DNA of 64,000 bases from Rhizophagus irregularis (taxonomy: Eukaryota). Location: positions 1,116,001 to 1,180,000 of the forward strand of contig NC_089430.1 in assembly GCF_026210795.1 (NCBI RefSeq). The letters are read 5' to 3'. The notes under the pieces were generated by a model. The model was not told the origin of the DNA. It saw nothing but the letters and a program-made list of their open reading frames with translations, and searched no databases. Shown piece after piece: positions 11,990 to 25,454 of this stretch. The first letter of the stretch is position 1; each line of letters begins with the position of its first letter. Position numbers and translations under genes: made by a program.

Positions 11990-12752
11990 TCTATAATCCC
12001 GTTTCATCAAAAAGGTCTGGTTTACGTGATTTGAACTTCACCATCAAAATCAAAATAATTGAGATTAAAACAAACCAAAGTCAAAATATGCAAGATCAGC
12101 CCCAAAGACAGAATTAAATAAATGAGATGAGAACGAAACCGAAGATAAAAATATACAAGATTAGAACAAATAAATGCAAACACAAAATTAAATGAGATCA
12201 AAATGGAACCAAAGATAAAAATGAATGAAAAGATAAAAAAACCAAAATCAAAACATAAACGTAAAATGAGATTAAAAGTAAAATCACAAAGTATAAAGAA
12301 AATAAAATTGAAAAGATTCTAACCAGAGAAAATAAAAACCAAAAAAGAAACCAAAGAAACCCAAAAAAGAAATCCAAAGAAGAAATCGAAGGAAAACCCG
12401 ATAGAAAAAAATAAACCGAATGAAAAATGGTTAGTTACTATAAAGTGGAAAGAAAATAGACTTCTGAAATTCCTAAAAGCCTGAAACTCACCGTTTACTA
12501 GGATACCGAAGTTGAAAAATCTACAAAAAAATAAATAAATAAAATAGTTAAATAACAAATAAAAAGAAAACGAATATAATGAAAAAAAAAGTTACCTCTA
12601 AGAGTCTAAGAAGAGAAAAGAAAGGACGCTAAAGGGCGTTAAAGGAAATTAAAGGACGTTAAAGGATGTTAAAGGACGTTTAAAAAATAGACTATCCATA
12701 TCTGATAGATATTATATTATCGCCTGAGTTATATTAGCCGAGCGAAAACTAG
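11990..12752 (+). mobile_element. Putative non-autonomous Helitron with A-rich internal repeats
   Basis: A|TCTATAAT candidate 5' end; 3' end CTAG|T preceded by an imperfect TCGC...GCGA hairpin. Internal 10-bp repeats (AAAGGACGTT) at ~12620-12680. The 5' boundary is uncertain. Confidence 0.4.
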
Positions 12753-15544
12753 TTATAATGATAAATCAAATTGAGATTCAATTTTCAGGAGTTGTACAAT
12801 TTATTTAGTATTCCACAAGAAACAACAAAAGAACCAAAAATAACATGTAAATCATTCCTTTTTTTAAATAATTGTTAATTACACAGCTATAGACTCGAGG
12901 TGAACTATAAGGATAACTCCTTTGTCAATGGACCTATTGAAACAATAATAAAGTAAATTCTTATTATTAAATAATACATATATGATTATTTGCACAACCC
13001 AATAAAAAAAGATAAAAATTCCTTAATTATCTAACTTTATATAAGCAAGTTTATCGTCCAATAAAAAATTACTATGCAATTTCAGGTTTCGGTTAGGATT
13101 TCGTATACATTAAGTATTATTAAATCACGTTTCTCGAATCAAATGTATTGATTTTATTGGGTGTAACTACTATTCATATATTTTAGTTAAATTCAACCCT
13201 ATGTTTTTACAAATTGATAATTCTCTCCTCAATAATCTTTAAAAATAAAAAGTGACCATAAGCGACTTTTTTTTCAAAAACCAGTAAGTGTTGTTACTTG
13301 TTACTGTATAATAATGTCTAAATGGAAATTATAGAAAATTACGTTGTCTGTAAAATTAAACAATTAAATATTAATATTAACTAAAATAAGAAATCAAGTA
13401 CTTTATTTAATTTATTAAAAAAGTCATAAAAATTGCCAAATATAAAATATAATCGCATATCTTTATGAATTTTTGGTTATAATTTTTTGTTGAATGAAAT
13501 ACTTTTTATTATTACAGTATTCATATTATTTAACAGTATTTGGTATTGCTGATAAAAAATTTACGTCAAAATGAGTAAGTACAATTTTATAAATTTGAAT
13601 TTAATATTACAATATTCGTTTTTATAATTAACAAGTATTAAGTAAGTAATGTGAAATAAAAATTTGACGAATATCAGATATCTGAATTCTAATTATTTTC
13701 TTTTAATAATGAAAAACCTGATAAAAATCATTAAAAATTGCTACATACTCTGTACGTGGAACTTAAATTTTTGTGATGACAAATAAATTCGAATAATTAA
13801 GTTACGTCATTTAAAAACATTTTGCAATACCTTTCAGTGTGTTGAGATATAATTAGAATCTAAGAGTATAACTTAGTGGAAATATCTTTATAAAGTATTT
13901 GACGTAATTAATAAAAATTTCAACATAGAAGAAATACAAACTAGAAGTAAGGAAACGGAAATAAAGTGATGAAATTATTTGTACAAAAGTGGAAAATAAA
14001 AAAAAAAATCCTTTGCATATAAAATAAATAATTATGTATGACAAATAGGCTCTTTAGCAAAGTTCATTACAATAAACATTAAATATAACAATTACACTCG
14101 CATATTATTATTATTCCAAAATTATATAAATTATGCAAGAACAATCGTCTTTTTAGAACAAAGTAATTTAGCTCTATTAATTATGTATTAAAATCATAAG
14201 ACATCGAGTTGCTTCCTAGACACTATGCAAAAAATATTTACAAGTTTTGATGTTCTATGACTTTATTGGTTAAAGACATTTAAAGGTATTATATTGTAAA
14301 AAAATGTCTAGCGTGGAAAATTTTTATGTTAGAAATTACAGTTTTTTTTTTAGAAAATTAGAAAAAAAAATTTCTTTTCATTTTATTTATTTATTTATTT
14401 ATTTATTTACTTATTTAGAAAATTAGAAAATATCATTTTTTTATTTCATTTTTATTTTTTTAAGAAAAATATTTTTATTTCATTTTTTTCGTTTTTCGTT
14501 TTTTTTGTTAAGAAATTAGAAAAAAGTATTGTATCAGTAATCCACATTTTTATTTTTTTTTTATTATTATATAAGTTTCTATTATTAGAGTTTAAATTAA
14601 ATTTTTTTTTGAAAGAAATCACTCCAAAAAAAAAAATATTTTTTTTTCATTAGAAAATAAAGTCATTTGGAATGGTGTAAACAATGGAATTTAAATGTGA
14701 CAGTATATTATTGCTATGTCCAACATCTCTCTATATACAGTACCCAAGTCCAGGTTCGTTTAAGTCTCTAGAATGTCCAGCGGTCTAAAAACAAAAAAAA
14801 AGAATGTTATTATATTTCTTAATACAATCGAAAATATAACTCTTTATATAGTACTTCCAATAATCTGGATTCATTTAAATCTTCGAGAGTTTGATCCTAC
14901 AAAAAGGAAACCCAGTGTGGTACAAAAAAAAATAAAATACAAAATAATAAAAAAACCCCCAAATAATAAAAGGTTAAAAAAATAATAAAATAAAGACTTT
15001 TTTAAAATAAAAAAAGGGAAAACTTTGAAAACTTTTAAATAAGAGAAATCGGGTTAACTTACAAAAAATTTAAGAGAAAAAATACTGAAAAAATGTTAAA
15101 AAAAAATTTTGAAGATAAATACCTTCAAAATGACTTTAAAAATTTATTTTCGGTAAAAAAAAAATTATTTTATTTTCGGTAAATGAAAATAAAAAACGGA
15201 TCAAAAAAAAAATTATTCTTTGGTATGAAATGATCTGACGGACAAGCTCCCATTGATGAGGGTTATGAAGCCCAACAGACAGCTCTAACGGATAAGGTCG
15301 TCTGAAAAAAATAAAAAAAAATGATTAAAAAAAAAAGAACCAAAAAAAAAATCAGATTTAAAAAGAGAACAAAAATATAATTTGAATAATTCGGTTTGAA
15401 AAAAAATTTAAAAAATTCCACATTCTGTCATTCCAAAAGGATGGGAAAGAAATATTAATTAAAAAAGAACCAATCAAAATTACATTAACCGCAGACATAT
15501 CACGTTTCCATGTAAATTATTTAGGTAGTGGGATAATTATTCAT

Positions 15545-15668
15545 GTACTGGTTCTATAATAATCTCTTTATATATAGAACCAGTACGGTACGGTACAGAA
15601 TGATTATCACAAAAATTGATCAACTGTACCGTACTGGTTTGCAAATTCGTGCCGTACTGGTTATATAT
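15545..15668. repeat. Nested inverted repeats of AACCAGTACGG (MITE remnant)
   Basis: GTACTGGTTCTATA / TATAGAACCAGTACGGTACGG ... CCGTACTGGTT (twice). Confidence 0.55.
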
Positions 15669-17275
15669 ATATTCAAATTATTTATACTGCTAATTTACAA
15701 ATTCACATCGTAAAATTTAAATAACAAAATTTTCTTTTTTTTTCTTTTTTTATTAAATAATAAAATTAAGATGATTAGTTAGCTACATTTATTTTATATT
15801 AGCGAATTAAATCATTAAATAAAAATTCATAGAATACAAAATTTTTTTTTTAATTATTTCACATCACAGATTTTTTATTAAAGAGTATATATAGTACGCT
15901 TAAATTATTCATATGGAATAAATCCATTTTCAAACAAAAATCCTATATTATCTTTTCAAAAAATTTAATTTTTATTTGCAGAAGAAAACAACATTATAAC
16001 ATGGAATGATAGTTCCTAATTCTTATAAAGTAGTAGATAACAGATCTTATTTTTTTCTTTTTCGGTAATAATGATGTATTCTAAATCTATTCAGTTTTAT
16101 TTAATGTGAAGATTCTAAATTTCTTAAACAATTTGTTAATTCTGGTCATGCTTTCGAAAGAAGCTGAAATTACTTTAAGAATAGTGAATGGTGAAAGAGC
16201 TATTATCATTACTTTAGATCTGCTAAAGGTTCTCACTACTAATTTATTCGCCAAGTATTCTTTATTATACGAAATAATAAAGAATAAAAATACTTTATAA
16301 AAATTAAAGATTATAAACAACAAAATTGTAAAAATATAGCTAAACGCTATAGTTAATATATCAATCCATATAATTTATATCATTGCTCTTTAGTATGTAA
16401 AAGAATCTCTGAGTGAAAGTTCAACTTGATGAGTTAACTCAAGATGCAAAGTGCATGTTTAGGTTCTAAATTAAAGAGTTTGGAAATAACTAAAAAAAAT
16501 TTAACCGATTAGAAGCTGTTTAACCAAGGGCCTTAATCAATTAATTAATCGATTAATATTAAAAAATTTTTTTGGCTGCAGTTTGTACCAATTTGTTTTT
16601 ACCCATATATTTAACTGCACGAAGCCATATTTAATTAATTTTACTGTATTATTAAAACATTAATAAAAAAATCCGTTTATTAAAAATTCGAGTTTGGAGA
16701 ATATGTGACCGAAATTTCACCTTGCATTATAGAATCATGATTTAGACAATTTTAATCAATTAACCGATTTTTGAGATACTCGTTAACCATATTAATCATC
16801 TATTAATATTAATCGGTTCAAATCTCTAAAGTAAAAGGCCGATACTTTCTATCATAAAGAATATTCTTTTTATTTCGCAATAATTAACAATTTATTTAGA
16901 ACCATTTTTATATAACATACACACGAAATAATTTATTAAGCCGCAATTAATGCATGAACTCTAGTGGTGTGTTCTGCTGTAATAAGGTGCCACAGAAAAA
17001 TAATTTTACATTAATAAACTTAATTATCAACCACTAATAATTATTAATATTTTAGATAATTTAATATAATATTTATTAATAAAAAAATAAATATTTTAAA
17101 ATTTACTACAATGTTAATCTTCAAATAAAAATAATAAATAATATGAGCTTTACTATATTTCCATCAAAATTTTCCAAAATAATATTAAAAAATATCCTCG
17201 CTCTAGTTCAAAATAAAATTATATCTGATGTTGTTTTTTAATATACTAAATATTTTCAATTAAAGTAAATAGGTT

Positions 17276-18894
17276 TTAATTTTCTTCTATAATAAAAAAA
17301 AAAATAGTTTAATTAAAATTTAATAATACTGTATATCCAAATGCAAAAGAAATTAATTACCTTTAGAATTAATATTAAGTTTAGTAAAATCCATTTTTAA
17401 GGAATCTGTAAAATAAAAGAATAATTATTACTCTAAATAGATTTAAATAATTATTTTTAATTAAAATTACCTGAATATTCTAAATCATCATTATCCGCAT
17501 TTTTGGGTTCTGGAAGATTTTTAAAATCCAAAAGTTTACTTGTATAAACTGCTTGAGAGTGTGTTGTATATAAGAGATTACTAGTAGTTGATAATGGTGA
17601 TTGAACCATTGAAGATAATAACTTTTTATTATTATCATCTGTTTCTTCAACTTGCCTATAAATTACAGAATCCCTTTTTTTACAATCATACCATAAACTA
17701 TAAAATAACGTATATAATTCACGTGCATTAGGTCGTTTTAAAGGGTCTGCATCCCAACATTGATTAATGATGTCAAAAATTAATTGAGGAATTTCATAAT
17801 TAGACTTTGGCCTCAACCCCTTACAAATTTTCATTGCTAAGAAATCATCATGAGCTATATCATAATAAGGAGGAAAACCTGTACAAATTTCGTATGCAAT
17901 AATTCCATATCCATAAATATCACTAGCTTGTGTATATTCTTTTCCTCTTAAAACTTCTGGTGCTACATAAGGTAATACTCCATATGTTTTTTTATTACTA
18001 TTTTGAGAGGATTTGACATTTGCTGGTTGACATAATCCCAAATCAGTAATAAAAGAACTCTTATTAAAATTGCCTAATATATTCCCACAATGAAAATCAT
18101 GATGAATTAATCCTTTATCATGAATATCTTTAAGACCACCTGTAATACTATATAAATTCCACAATTTTTGCTTCCAATTTAGTGAAATAAAATTGTCATT
18201 TAAATGTTGTCTTAAACTACCATTTTTAAATTCCATTACCATCATAAAATTATTTGTTTTTGGATCTTTGGTAATACCAAAACAACGAACTGTATAACCA
18301 GAACAATATACTAAAATATTTGATTTAACCTTAAAATAAAATTATAGTTAGTTTACCATTTATAAAAGGCTAATAAAGATTCATAAGAAAATATCTTACT
18401 TCTTTTAAAAAATCTGCTGTAATGCCTTGTGAATTATATAAACATTTTAAAGCAACTTTTGTTTCACTTTCTCTTCTCCATTGATTATTGTCACAACTCA
18501 ATATAGGACCATCTTTCCAAACTGCTTTAAAAGTAGTACCAAATCCCCCTTTTGCTAAATATTCAACATCTTCAAATTTATCATATTCAATCCACTCTAC
18601 GATTTGATCCAGACGTTCAGCTTCCAATTGTGCTTTTTTAATAAATTCGTCAACGTCATGATTTCCACTTGTTCCATTTTTGAAATTTTGTTGAAATAAA
18701 CAATAACTACACAAAAAATGAAGCCTCTTAGGCTGCTTACAATTTTTACATAAACCATTTTTTTTATAACATTTTTTTAATTTTTTGTCTGTTATTAGTT
18801 TATCAATTAACGATTCTTGTTCTTCAGTCAAGTAATGATGTCGAAAATCTTTTATTTGTTCAATTATATCATCACTTAATACAATTTCAGCCAT
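17276..18894 (-). CDS. TKL-type protein kinase with N-terminal Cys-rich region (non-RD, HHD), ~469 aa, 4 exons
   Basis: Exons 18894-18400, 18329-17471, 17405-17361 and 17286-17276. Motifs LAKGGFG, VALK, HHDFHCGN, DLG, GVLPYVAPE, SDIYGYG, CWDADPLKRP. Confidence 0.92.
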
Positions 18895-21800
18895 TTAATA
18901 AATAATTTATTAAACAAAAATAAGTTATTAATTCGTATGTAAAAACTACAAAAAAAATAATAAAAAAAAAAGAAAAAAAAAAGTGGTGAAACGTTACTTT
19001 ATGTTGCAAGGATTCCAAGATCGGCAACAAAATTATCAAAAAAGACTATTTAAGATCACACAGAAACACAATAATCTTGATCGGCAATTAAATTTATTCA
19101 ATTTTGGCAATGTGAGTTTAAGTTAAACTTTTTACGAATGTTGATTATTCTAACCAAAATAGAGTTTGAAAATTTGAGAAAGAATTCGTGGAATTGATAT
19201 CGTATTAACAAAAATCTGAAAATAATTTATAAAGAATTGCGAATAAAAAAAAAAACTTTATAATATATCTTTATAATATATATATACTGTATATATTAAA
19301 ACAAAATTATTTTGAAATATTTATAAAATCTTAGTTTTTGACTTCAATTTTCACTAAAATTTTCATTTTGAAAATGATTAAATAAATAAAATAAAATCAC
19401 ATCTTTTAATAAAAATGTGAAATTTTAATATTTAATAAATTCAATAAATTATTGATAGACCTTTATTTGGAATTCGAATTAAATATAAAATATTGCACTT
19501 TCGAACATATCGTATAATTTGAGATTCAGTTTATTTCTTCGAAAGGAATATTAATAATGTTAATAATTTCTAATTATTTATTTATGCAGTTGTTAATTTT
19601 AATAACTTACAGAAAACTTTTAATTTAGCACTGTTTTTTTCATTTTTATTTATCAGTATTTATTCTTTAATTTATTTATCTGAATAAATTTTTAAGTTTA
19701 ATATTTAAATTTATAAAGAAAAGAAAAAATAACATTCTTATATTTCTAAAAAAAAATTATAAGTTAACTTAGCTATAACAGAAAGTTAAGCATATTAATA
19801 CTAAAAATAGTAATAATATTTGTTGGGTAAATAACAATACAAATATTAAGAAGTGTTTAATTTCAAAATATATTAATTTCGCAAAAAAAAAAATCGTCAA
19901 AATTAATAAAAAAGAATAATCAATCTATAATCATTAAAAAAAAATAAAAAAATTCTTTCGTGACTGTTGATCATTTTTTGTTTGATTTCTGACGAAAAAA
20001 TAATTTCAGAAAATTATACTTTTGATAAGATAATTAATTATTATTAAAAAAAATACACTAAACTTGCAAAAAAAATTTGTCAGATTTTGTAAATCGTAAT
20101 AAACAAGTACTACCAAGAAGACCTACAAACTTTACAAACTTTGAGACGATCCAGTCGATCCAACCTTGATTACAACTACACCTCCGTCACAGAGTCACTT
20201 ATACGACATCGGTGGCTCGAATTATTCTTCCTCTATATACGCTACTTATGACGGAAGTTGTTTTATATTACATAGTTTTACTTTTTAACCATATAGATGA
20301 TAGAAATTTGTTCTGCGTCCGGTTTCAAAATTCAAATTATAAAATTATTTTTAGTTCTTTTTAACTTATACCTTGGTTAGGGCGGTTACATCCTTAGGGT
20401 GTACCTGCCATTTTCATTTTTTTTTGGGTTCGATCAAGGTGGCGCCGCCACTATCGCTGTCTGGTCAGAAGAATTTATTGTTAGACATTATATAGTTCTA
20501 CTAGTAATCAGTCAGGATAATATAAATCTAGAATCACGTACCTGTAGCAGATGTAGTTTGAAGAGAAATGAATGATCATCTAGAAAATGTTTGTTAAAAT
20601 TAAAGAAATAAAAATTATTTCTTTTAGGAGAAAAATGTAATTTTTTTATAAATAAATTTTCTGAAGAACGAACAATCATGTTATGTATACTTACTCAATA
20701 TTTAGATATTTTTCAAATTATGGAGACACATCAAAACTTATTATTGAACCCATGAAACCATCAATTTTTGGATTCACGTTATACAATATATTTATAAAAG
20801 GCAATGGGATTGTAAGATAAATATATTGATTTATCTTTAAATATAAAATGTATTAAATTTCTTAAAGAGTACTTTTGTTTAATCTATTTACTAATTCTTT
20901 TTAACCAAATAAAGTATCGTAATTTTTCCACATTACCCGTTTTCTTTTGTTTCTAAAATGAGTTTCAATGAGTATTAAGTCGTATATATAGTTCTTATTG
21001 TGAGAAAAAAAAAATTTGTTGTCAAAACGTTTGCCGTAGTTATAAATTTTATATCAAAAAATGTAGATTTTAATAGATTTTACGTTAGTTACTCATAATA
21101 TAAAAAAGTTTAATCTAACTTTATTTTAATAGTAAATCAATAACCACCTATTATTAAGAAATCGTGAAAATCTTAATACAACGATCCTTGCTTATTGTAA
21201 TATGCTGCGCCACAACTACAACTTTCAATTCCTTTAGTATTCCTTGTTGTATCCATCCTTAGAATTCTATAGTTTGGACATGCCACTACATCATAATTGC
21301 AAGAAATTATTTAATCTATGTTTTATTACTTTTTGGAATAAATTTTAATAATATTATTTTATCTAAGTAAATTATGATATTTTAAAATTTTTATTTTACT
21401 AGAAATAAATTTATTTTTTTTGTTTTATTCATAATATTTTGAGCACAAAATTTTATTGAGTTACAATATTTTAGAAATATTAAAAACTCAAAAAAAGGTT
21501 TAAATACTACAGTATATATATATATATTTTTTTTTGGAAACACTAAAAGAAAAAAACAAATCAATTATCAATAAAAGTTCACGTTATATAAAAAAGTTGT
21601 TAAAACAAAAATTTTAATTTTCTGATTTCATTACAATTTTTTTACAAACAGTTGAAATTTCCTAATTACTTTAAAAGATTAAATATTAATTGTACTTCCA
21701 TTTATTTAATGATTAAATAACTTAGTTGAATCACAGTAATTCAACCATAAAAGAATATCACTATCAATAACAAAACGCTCCAAAAGATAATAATTCCTAG

Positions 21801-21968
21801 ATTTTAAAAAAATCTTATAAAATATTGCTTTTTTGTGTAACAATATTTTATTTTGTGATCATCAGCTGATTTAAACTTTGTCGATCACTGCAGTACAACA
21901 TATGAAGGCGTAAATTTTTTTTTTTAAAAAAACAATCCTCTTTTACATAAATTGACCAGTAATCTAAT

Positions 21969-23654
21969 ATGGAAGAATTTAAGCTCAGTGATGATGTAAT
22001 TGAACAAATAAAAGATTTTACACATAGGGAATTAACAGATGAACAAAAATTGTTAATTGATAAGTTAATATTAATTGAAGAATTAAAAGAACGTTATAAA
22101 AATTATGGTTTGTGCAAAGAATGTAAACAGCCTAAGACTTATCATAATTGGTGTAGGTCATGTAATGCTAAACATTTTCAACAAAATTTCAAAAATTGGA
22201 CTAGTGGAAATAATGAAGTTGATAAGTTTATTCAAAAAACACAACTCAAAGCTAAATATCATGAAGAAATTTTAGAGTGGATTGAATATGATAGATTTGA
22301 AAATGTTGAATATTTGGCTAAAGGAGGATTTGGAACTATTTATAAAACAACATGGAAAGATGGATGTATAGATGAATGGGATTCTGAAAATAATCAATGC
22401 ATAAGAAGTAAACAGTGGATAGGTCATGAAAATTTTCCAGTTGTTTTAAAATGTTTACATAATTCTCAGGATATCACATCCGAATTTTTAAGAGAAGTAA
22501 GTTACTTGTATATAACTTTCAAACTACTGTTACAATATAAATGTTAAACTTACTATTATTTATTATTATTATGGATTCTTTTTTAGATTGAATCACATAC
22601 TATAATTATTTCAGATTGTGTAACTCGATGTTTTGGCATTACTAAAGATCCAGAATCTAATAATTTCATAATGGTAATGGAATATGCAGAACATGGTAGT
22701 TTAAGACAATATTTAAATGATACATTTAATTCAATAAAATGGGTAGATAAGTTGCAAACTTTAAAGCATATTGTACAAGGCCTTGATTCTATTCATGAAA
22801 AAGGATTAATTCATCGTGATTTTCATTGTGGTAATATGTTAAAATTTAGTGATAATTTTACTATTATTACTGATTTAGGATTATGCCAACCAGCAAATGT
22901 AAAATCTTCTCAAAATGAATATGAAAAACAAGTATATGGAGTATTACCTTATGTAGCGCCTGAGGTTTTAAGAGGAAAAGAATATACTCAAGAAAGTGAT
23001 ATTTATGGACTTGGAATTATTGCATATGAAGTCTGTACAGGGCTTCCTCCTTATCATGATATTTCTCATGATAAAATCTTGGCTATTAGCATTTGTCAAG
23101 GGCTTAGGCCAAAATCTAATTATAAAATCCCTCATCTAATTTTGGACATAATTAAACAATGTTGGGATGCTGATCCTTCAAAACGACCTAAAGCAAATGA
23201 ATTACGTGATTTATTATATAATTTATATGATGAATTACATGATAGTGATGATAGTGAAATCAAAAAGCAAGCTGAAGAAGCAGAAAGAATTAATGAAAAG
23301 TTTACTTCTACTTCATTACCATATAATGGTACTACTCTTTCATATACTACAAATCCTCAAGCAGTTTACACAAGTAGGCTTTTAAACTTTAAAAATCTAC
23401 CAGAACCAAAAAATGCTATTGATAACAAAGATGACGATAATTCAATTGGAAAATATTCAGGTAATTAATATCCTAGTTTATATTAAAAAAAGTATTCTTG
23501 AGATACAATTATTTTTTATTTTCCAGAATCCATAGAAGATTCCACTAAACTCAATCTAGGTACTCATTTACATTAACTTGCTTTTTGCATGATTAATTTT
23601 ACTAATAATATTAACAATTTACTTTAATTTGTTCTTATAGATGAAGACAACTAG
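21969..23654 (+). CDS. TKL-type protein kinase, ~482 aa, 4 exons; paralogue of 17276-18894
   Basis: Exons 21969-22496, 22587-23460, 23527-23559 and 23641-23654. Motifs LAKGGFG, VVLK, HRDFHCGN, DLG, GVLPYVAPE. Shares the N-terminal LSDD(I/V)IEQIKDF and intron positions with the divergent gene. Confidence 0.93.
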
Positions 23655-24219
23655 GGAAGAAAATTTACAAATATTCAAAATATAAATTTCTTTATTTGTG
23701 TCTATTATTTTACTATTTATTTTTTTTATCATTTTTACAGTATATGTATTTTATTGGAATATATTATTATGATTAGAATTTTATAAATAAAGTTTTTTAT
23801 AAATTAAAACCAAACATAAATAGGATGAATTACTATATGTACTGTATATTATAAAATTTTAATGAAGTAATAAATTACATTATCATTATTTATATTTTTT
23901 TAACTTTATAGTCACATCTTCAAATTTAACATTATATAGTTTAACTCTTCTAATATTCCTTGTGTATTTCCTCTTTAGAATTCTTGAATTTGAACGTAAT
24001 ATTTATGATTGGTATTTCTTGATTGTTGTGTTGTCATCATATGTTGAATTGTCAAACTGAAGCATGCTGCAAATAATAAAGTTTTTTTCAATTTAATTTA
24101 TGTTTTTACTACATTTTGAACATACTTACTCATTCATGTACCATTATGTTTTTACTTTATCAGATATTTAGATAACCTCATGATGTAATTTTTACATTTG
24201 TAAGATTATTAAATGTATT

Positions 24220-24720
24220 TTACTTTACAAAATTATATGCAGTCATACCTAAATCATCATATTTTTGAACTATAATGTTATGTAGTTTAAATTCATTTAC
24301 TTCATTTTTTTAAAAAAATAATTCTTCATCATTACCTTCATCATCATCTTCTTCATAATTTTTATGATCTGTCTCTAAAAAAGCCAAATATCTAACCCTT
24401 TCTTTTTTCATGATATATTCTTTTACATAATATGAAATATTTTCACTTTTACCATTTTGAATTATATTTATTATATTTCCAATTAATAATTTCTCTATAA
24501 AAGTATTTTGTGAATTTTTTAAAAATATTATCAAATCATTTATATTAAATAGAAGAATCAAACATAAATGTTCTAATTTATAAGGAAGAACTTGTCCTAA
24601 ATTTTTTAATAAAGTTGAACTAGCAATATTCATCATAATTTGTTGTAAACATCCAATTCAATATTAAGATAATTAATATTTTTATTCATTACTTTTAATT
24701 AATACCAAATTTTGTAATAT
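24220..24720 (-). pseudogene. C-terminal fragment of a Glomeromycotina F-box/LRR-like protein
   Basis: SSTLLKNLGQVLPYKLEHL...IFLKNSQNTFIEKLLI...KEYIMKKERVRYLA. An in-frame TAA at 24312-24310 is followed by continued family-like sequence KNEVNEFKLHNIIVQKYDDL; the N-terminal part is missing. Confidence 0.7.
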
Positions 24721-24736
24721 TATTGGGCTGGAGTTC

Positions 24737-25454
24737 CCTACAAAATAGAAAACAAATAATTAAATTTTTTTAAACTAAAAAGTTATTGGTATGATAACCT
24801 ACCAGAATATTTGGTGTCTTCAGAGTTCAGAGCTAGATTCCTATAAAAATATTTTTATTTTTATTTTTAAATTACAAAGCGAACCAAAATACAGTGAAAT
24901 TTAGATTCCTATAAAAAGCCTAAAAAGAAATAATGAATAAAATGTCAGTTAATAAACAATTTATTAAAATAAAAATTTAAAGAAAAACCCACATGCAAAA
25001 TTCCAAATGTATAAAGATCATAAGAGCCAATCTCCTAAAGAAAAAGAAAAAATAAAAATAAACATAAATTTTGGTAAATAATAGATTAAGATAAAGTCCA
25101 TTAAAAACCTACAGAAAACAGAACTCCAGATCAAAATTGCGTCTCACGCTCTGACCCGTCTAAAAAAAGAATGAATGAAACGTTAGAAAAACATTTCATT
25201 AAAAGAGAACCTTCTCTTCTTACCAAAATCTAATATGTCCAATAGCTGAAACAAAGATAAAATCTAAAAAAAAAGAAAAATTAACACCACGAACAAAAAA
25301 AATCTAACAAAATAATAAAAAAAGTGCTACTTCCATTTTCACAAGAGAGCCTCCAAAATGAAATGAAACCTAAAAAAGTAAGACATTAATAATGTTAGTA
25401 AAGAAACAGGAAAAAAAAAGAAAAAAAAATAAACACCCACCTGGCCGTCTCCAT
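24737..25454 (-). other. Array of micro-exons (35-47 nt) and seven GT-AG introns without a long ORF; putative spliced non-coding transcript or 5' UTR
   Basis: Internal exons 25369-25331, 25263-25224, 25159-25113, 25034-24993, 24919-24885 and 24840-24803. Introns of 71, 67, 64, 78, 73, 44 and 65 nt, each ending in a U-rich tract plus TAG. Confidence 0.55.

Noticed and set aside
15980..16320. Possible ion-channel (TRP-like pore/S6) relic in ORFs 16087/16106
   Set aside because: Only a faint resemblance with many stops; not supportable without an HMM search.
16470..16830. hAT-like remnant with TTAACCGATT repeats
   Set aside because: Termini too degenerate to define a TIR or TSD.
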